A stretch of DNA of 58,772 nucleotides, filler included, from Dugesia japonica (lineage: Eukaryota), in assembly GCA_001938525.1 (NCBI GenBank). It is 5 parts of 5 records of this genome, joined end to end, with 100 filler letters (N's around TTAATTAATTAA, not from the genome) between each part and the next. Parts side by side here need not be neighbours in the genome. Positions count along the whole stretch, not along the records: positions 49,810 to 58,772 come from MQRL01626501.1; 4 more parts are not named here. The stretch is one strand, 5' to 3'. Below, in pieces: positions 53,485-58,772 of this stretch. The position numbers were made by a program, and so were the translations under genes. The notes under the pieces were generated by a model. The model searched no databases, was not told the DNA's origin, and worked only from the letters and a program-made list of their open reading frames with translations. Position 1 is the first letter of the stretch, and every line of letters starts with the position of its first letter.

Positions 53485-54057
53485 ATGGTTTCTGTAAAAC
53501 GTTACTTTAAAACAACGCGGTTTTTCAAATAGTCGGTCCTAGTGGAAGTGGAACAAAGTTCAAACATATTTATTGGCATCATGGTAGTGGTGAGTTTGCA
53601 AGTTGAGAAAGATTACGATTATTGATGTATTCGATGATGATTGGTTAAAGAGAATAAATACTAGGGATTTTATTGTAATTGATGACTTGTTTCAAGAGGC
53701 TAATAAGCAGGCTGATTTAAATAATCTGTTAGCAAAACCTGCTCGTCATGGTAATCTAACTGTCGTCTTTATTTCCGAAAATCTTTTCCATCAAGACAGT
53801 ATGCATCGTCTGCGTAATTTAAATGTCAATTATTTAGTTTTATTCAAAGATCCGTGAGATCAAACTGTGTTTGACTATAATTCTCGTCAAGCATTTCCTC
53901 AACATAAAGGATTTTTATCAGATGCATTTAGAGATGTTACTACAAAACTACATGGACATTTATTTATTGATTTTACACAACAATGTCCTGATTTGAACGA
54001 GTAAAAACTGATATATTCAATTTGGAAGAAATAAAAGTTTACAAACCATTGATATAA
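53485..54057 (+). pseudogene. Polinton A32-like packaging ATPase, degenerate
   Basis: VFQIVGPSGSG, FIVIDDLFQEA (Walker B), ARHGNLTVVFISENLF, LNVNYLVLFKDP*DQ, HGHLFIDFTQQCPD, KTDIF. Confidence 0.92.
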
Positions 54058-54114
54058 AGAAAATTAGAACTTAATAAAAGAAATAAGAAATAAAGCGATT
54101 TAAAAAAGTTGCCA

Positions 54115-54400
54115 TAAAACAAGAGGGTGGCGGTGCTGGTAATTTGAGACTATTTTCTCAAAGTATTCCATACTTTAAGGCAATTTTAAGGGCTCCATCA
54201 AATTATCGATAGCAAATTATGCACTCAATGCCGGCATTTGTAATGAATGATGTCATTAGTGATTTGCAACAAATTATTTTGGGCCGAGTCAATATTAGTC
54301 ACAAAAACGGAAAATATCGATTGAAAAAGTATCAAGAAGCTCTTGTAGATATGGAAAAAGCAATAAATTTGGCAGCAAAGAAACGAATATTTGAAAGACA
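54115..54400 (+). pseudogene. Polinton small basic protein that follows the ATPase
   Basis: KQEGGGAG...YFKAIL.A...R.QIM...IILGRVNI...RLKKYQEAL...KKRIF. The QxGG resembles an adenain cleavage site. Confidence 0.6.
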
Positions 54401-54656
54401 TTTTCCCGTACAAAATAAAACAAGAAGAGCAAAAAACAAGTTTATTTTGAATAAAATGGATGGTGAGCATTGGATTTCAATTCATGTCAAATCAAATATT
54501 ATTCTTGTACTTGATCCAATAGGTATGTTTTATTCACCTTTGTTGGTAATAAAACTGGAGCGTATTCAGCAACATGTTGAATACAATCAAATCATGTATC
54601 AGAATCCATTGACATTTCTATGTCGACAATATTGTAATAAACGGCTTAAAAGCTAA
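54400..54656 (+). pseudogene. Adenain-like cysteine protease
   Basis: FILN..GEHWISI (His), LDPIG (Asp), YNQIMYQNPLTFLCRQYC (Gln/Cys). Confidence 0.85.
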
Positions 54657-54769
54657 CATAAACAATGTTATGTGATTATCAATAAAATTTTAAAATTTTG
54701 TGAATTTTATTGATTATGAAGCCTTTCAGAATAGAAATTGGGACTATTTAATTAAAGAATTATGTAAAA

Positions 54770-55067
54770 ATGGATGTGGATAGTATTCTTCAACCGTTTT
54801 ATTACATGTATGCCATGACGGAATCAATGGGTAGCTTATCACAACCTGCTGAAACAACTAATGAGTACTTATAGCGTCATCTCAGGTGGATTGATTTATA
54901 TTGTAAATTTGATCCAATTCAAATTCTCAATGACAATTATAACTTAAATAAACATGTACAATTATGTATACCAGTTAATATTTCCTGTCCATATTAAAAT
55001 CATGGAAATTATTGTGCATACAAAAAATGTTTAAAACTTTGTGTACATTTCCTTTCATCAAGTAAAT
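54770..55067 (+). pseudogene. Small Cys/His-containing orphan ORF before the TIR
   Basis: MDVDSILQPFYYM...SCPY*NHGNYCAYKKCLKLCVHF, with two stops and AATAAA at the end. Confidence 0.4.
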
Positions 55068-55099
55068 AAATATTTTTCCCTTGCTTTTAGTAATTAATT

Positions 55100-55737
55100 C
55101 TAGTATTATTAATAATAATAATTATTTTATTTGGTAACAAAAAAATTATTTGAGGCTAATTATTTTTAATAAAACAAATTTAAAGTTAAGGGTTAAAGTT
55201 CATGCCAAAAGTGTGAAAATTCACACCCATAAAAAAACCATTTTAGTAATAATAATAAAAAATAATGTGTAAAAATTCACACACCGATAAAAAATATAAT
55301 TGTTTACAAAATTCGCACCTATAAGAACATTTTAAATAATATTAATAATAATAATCATTTTATATAGTAATGTATTTTAAATAGTAATGCTCAATGCACA
55401 ACGCTTTTAATTTTAAATTAAAAAATAATGTGAAATATTTATGTTAATTAAAAGAATAAAAAAATTAATTTGAATTTTTAATGCTCAATTCACGTCGCTT
55501 TTAATTTTAAATAAAAAAAAACAAATAATGTGTGAAAAGTTTTTTTGTTAATTAAAACAATACAAAATAATAATTTGAGGTCAATTGAAGTGGGAAATTT
55601 CAGACCTAATATTGTTTATTGTAAAGGTGTGAAAAGTCCTACCTTGGGTGTCAATTTAAATGTTTATATTAAGGTGTGGAATTTTACACATCTAATAATG
55701 TAAAGATCCTGTTCTCGAGTCCACCTAGCTACCTACT
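55100..55737 (-). mobile_element. Right TIR (type A) of the TBP-bearing element
   Basis: Ends AGTAGGTAGCTAG on the minus strand. Homologous to 11174-11390, with internal GTGTGAAAA / TTCACAC repeats. Confidence 0.75.
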
Positions 55738-55867
55738 AACATGCAACTCAATTCAGTGGTAGAAAAGTTTATGTATGAAAATAAACGAAGAAAATATAAA
55801 GAATCTTGAGACTGAAATAATTTTGCATACTTAGCGAAAAGGAATTGATTAAGGCTAAGAGCATAAC

Positions 55868-56030
55868 AGTAGGTAGATAGTAGCGCACGGGCACAATTTG
55901 CACCCCCTCCCTCCTCCAGGGGTCTTGGAAACTACATAATATTGTAGTGATATTTTTGTGCTGGTTTTCTTTCTAAGTTTTTTGGGATGAAAAAATTTGT
56001 GATTGGATCATTTTTTTTGATCGGATCAGT
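55868..56030 (+). mobile_element. Left terminus (type B) of a further Polinton-like element
   Basis: AGTAGGTAGATAGTAGCGCAC, a C-rich patch, then TTTTGGGATGAAAAAATTTGTGATTGG matching the reverse complement of 8675-8700. Confidence 0.7.
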
Positions 56031-57274
56031 ATTTTTATACTGAAAGTGTGTGTGCATTTTTAATTTTAAAAATTTGTGTGTGTTTGTGGTATTAATTGGG
56101 TTAATTTAAAGTAAGTAAAGTTAAGTTGGTGTGTGTGTGCGTGTGAAAGAGGGAATTAGGACTCGAGGGAAGGTTGGAGATCTTTGAAATAATTTTTTGA
56201 AAGTTTGTAAGATTTAGTTGTGGTTGGACAAAATTCTGTCTATAGATTGTCTAAAGGATTTACGGGTTGGATGGATGGTTTGTCCTAGAAGTATGGTAGC
56301 GCAAAAGCACAGGCGTATTAGTTATCGTGGCGTGTTTTTAGAAGGGTGTAAGTTTGTATGGAGTGGTTGGATTATGGTGGTTAATAAGTTTTTTGAAAGG
56401 TAATGTGATGAGGAAGATTCTGCATGTCGATTCTGCTTAAATTTCTGATTGTTTATAGTTGAATTTGATTGGTTGTTGTTTGTAAGTAGTACAAGTGTGT
56501 TAAAAAAGTTTTTGGGAGGAGGAAAAGTATATAGATTGAAAGAAAATTAATTATCAAAATTTATAAGATTTATTTGAAATTTTTTAATCAGGGTGGGTAT
56601 GAGGTATTAATTTTTTGAAAACTTAATTTTTTTTAAAAATGCTGTGTTTTGCTTAAAATGATGAATTAGTTAAAAATAATGGTATTTTGTAAAAATGATG
56701 TGTTTTTGAGTATTTCTTTGTATTTTGGTATCGTAAGGGGTGTGTTTTTATATTTTTAAAGAGGGTAGCCTTGATAATTCTAGGGGAACAATTTTGTTTT
56801 GCGGGAGATTTAAGAAAATATTTTTTGGCGGGAATTTAAAATTTTATTTTTGTTCGTTGGGAAATTAATTATTTTAGAAGACTTTATATGAGATGGGACA
56901 GTCTCTATATTTTACATGGGATGTGGCAGTCTAAAATTTTAAGGCAAGTGAATTTTAGTGTATGTGTGTTACATTTGTGTTGCATCTGAGTTGCAACACT
57001 TTTGCATATATATTGAATACTTAATGCATTCATTAATAAAAAACTATTTACAATAAGAAACATTTGAGACTGATAAGGAAGAAAAAGTAAACATTACTAA
57101 TAAATTGAACATTGACATACCATATCAGAGTCAGGAAATAATAAACATAAAGATAACAAATGTTAAAATAAAAGCTGAGTTCATTGCATTTGATAAACAG
57201 AGACAGTGCCGTGTGGATAGGTAGAAAAATAGTGGTAATATATATTTTTTATTTATGTTAACTTATTAATTATT

Positions 57275-57351
57275 AGATTTCATTAAAATAAGATAAGGCT
57301 TCGATCGAAGGCTTCTTTTGATCGAAGCCTTATCTTATTTTAATGAAATCT
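57275..57351. repeat. Perfect 32-bp inverted repeat with a 13-nt spacer
   Basis: AGATTTCATTAAAATAAGATAAGGCTTCGATC (57275-57306) and its exact reverse complement (57320-57351). Confidence 0.95.
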
Positions 57352-58099
57352 CAAATCCGATCAATGGTTAAGTCCAACAATTATTCNNNNNNNNNNNNNN
57401 NNNNNNNNNNNNNNNNNNNNNNNNNNNNNNNNNNNNTAATTATTAGTTTAGATCCAGAATGCAATGTCAAACAACCACACCAACATCATGTTTCTTGGTT
57501 GTGAAATACTTTATTTTACTGTTAAGTGTTGTACTTTTATGTGTTTTTCAATGTTATATAATAAATCTTATTTAATCAAAGGCTTTTTTTTATTTTAAAC
57601 ATATAGTTTTTAATTAAATCTTTTTAAATTATTGTCTTCAATTGTTGGTAATATTTTATAGTTCAGATACAAAATAATTTCAATCAATATTTTCCAGCAT
57701 TTCTTCTATAATTAGGTCAAAATTCATTATTAATGGACATTTAAATTAATTTTGTTTATATTTAACATGCATGTGTNNNNNNNNNNNNNNNNNTGTGTTA
57801 TAAACAATGGATATTTGCAATAAAAAACTTAATAAATAATAAAAACTAATAAAAAACTTAATAAACAATAAAAAAAACAAATAATTATAACATCTTTTAT
57901 TCATCAATATACAACAATGTACAATTTTGGTCCTAAAGAACACTGGTAATACGTTCACAAATGTTTCTTTTTTAGAATGGTTTCTTTTTGTAGTCATAAT
58001 CTAAATAAAAACAATTAAAATAACATTTACAAACAAATAAATAAATACCGTATGTTTACCAAACTTGATTGAATAAACGGTTTTATGGGGGAAAAACTA

Positions 58100-58772
58100 A
58101 ATAATAATATAGTGACCATATGGGACACTGGGATTTTCTATTAACCCATACCCGCTTATCGTCCGTATTTGTTAATGCTATTTTGGTTGACTTTATGCTG
58201 TAGAGCTGATGGTTTTTTAATTTTAGATCTAAATTGCTCTACTGAGACCGATTTGTTCTCATTATAACAGTCAAGGTAAGACTGATATAAGTTTTCTTCA
58301 ATGTTATGCCTTTTGCTGTCACGCTATTCTTATTATCGAGCAGGCTATAGCATTTCGACCTCTAAAATACCCATTCCTGGTACTTTTGCCCTTTATTTTT
58401 GTCCTTAAATTTCCCGATTAATTAATTTAATTTATTTGAATATAGTGGATGTTATTTACTGTAGTTTGACGTATCTAGGAGCTTATCTTTAAGCATTAAT
58501 TTAGTAAGTTTCTCTAGGCTTATATTATTTATCTCCAAAACAAAACTGTCTGTTTCGCCAGCTACAATATTAATTTTACATTTTTCTTCCTTTCAATATT
58601 TTTCTAACTCTTAATACAGTAGATAGTACATGCGTAGTTTACTCAAGTCCTGGGTTGATCTAAACAGACTATATCCTTATTGAGAAGAACTGCTATCAAA
58701 TCATCATCAATTTTTGTTATTCTCTTAAATACGGATTTTTGATGTTTATGTAATCAGCTTCTTTGCTGAATT
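58100..58772 (-). pseudogene. pPolB C-terminal part, runs off the window (not in the ORF track)
   Basis: NSAKKLIT, DLIAVLLNK..VCLDQP, DLSKLRMY, IVAGETDSF, LLDTSNY, IGKFKD, RSKCYS, AKGI, KIALTNTDDKRVW, PYGH. Confidence 0.9.

Noticed and set aside
11174-55737. One 44-kb Polinton bounded by the inverted type A TIRs
   Set aside because: The TIRs are clearly diverged from each other, lie on different contig pieces separated by four artificial spacers, and have no matching TSD.
56030-57000. GT-skewed region and ORF 56218 as a gene
   Set aside because: No recognisable motifs on either strand. Treated as the decayed interior of the type B element.
58618-58632. AGTAGATAGTA as another terminus
   Set aside because: It lies inside the PolB frame, encoding MYYLL on the minus strand.

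Overview
AT-rich eukaryotic DNA, most likely from an invertebrate with a compact genome: introns are about 50 nt and one gene carries a domain I recognise from lophotrochozoans. The window is not one contiguous locus. Four identical 100-bp spacers (44 N + TTAATTAATTAA + 44 N) join five pieces: 1-12828, 12929-31657, 31758-40568, 40669-49709 and 49810-58772. Most of the sequence is decayed mobile DNA. (1) Many remnants of a Polinton/Maverick (adintovirus-like) family: five protein-primed PolB pieces, two packaging ATPases, a major capsid fragment, an adenain protease and eight AGTAG(A/G)TAGATAG-type termini. (2) A ~7 kb retroelement-like remnant in which a chuvirus-type glycoprotein runs into two tandem retropepsins with Zn knuckles, with no RT seen. 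(3) Ty3/gypsy scraps, two Tc3-like transposons and several Penelope-like pieces. Host genes are a ubiquitin-like-domain pseudokinase and a probable secreted protein. The best candidate for a new system is at 51.9-55.7 kb: a Polinton-like element with an intronless two-repeat TATA-binding-protein (TBP) homolog between its PolB and packaging ATPase. All calls come from manual translation and motif recognition. No searches were run, and coordinates of degenerate features are approximate.
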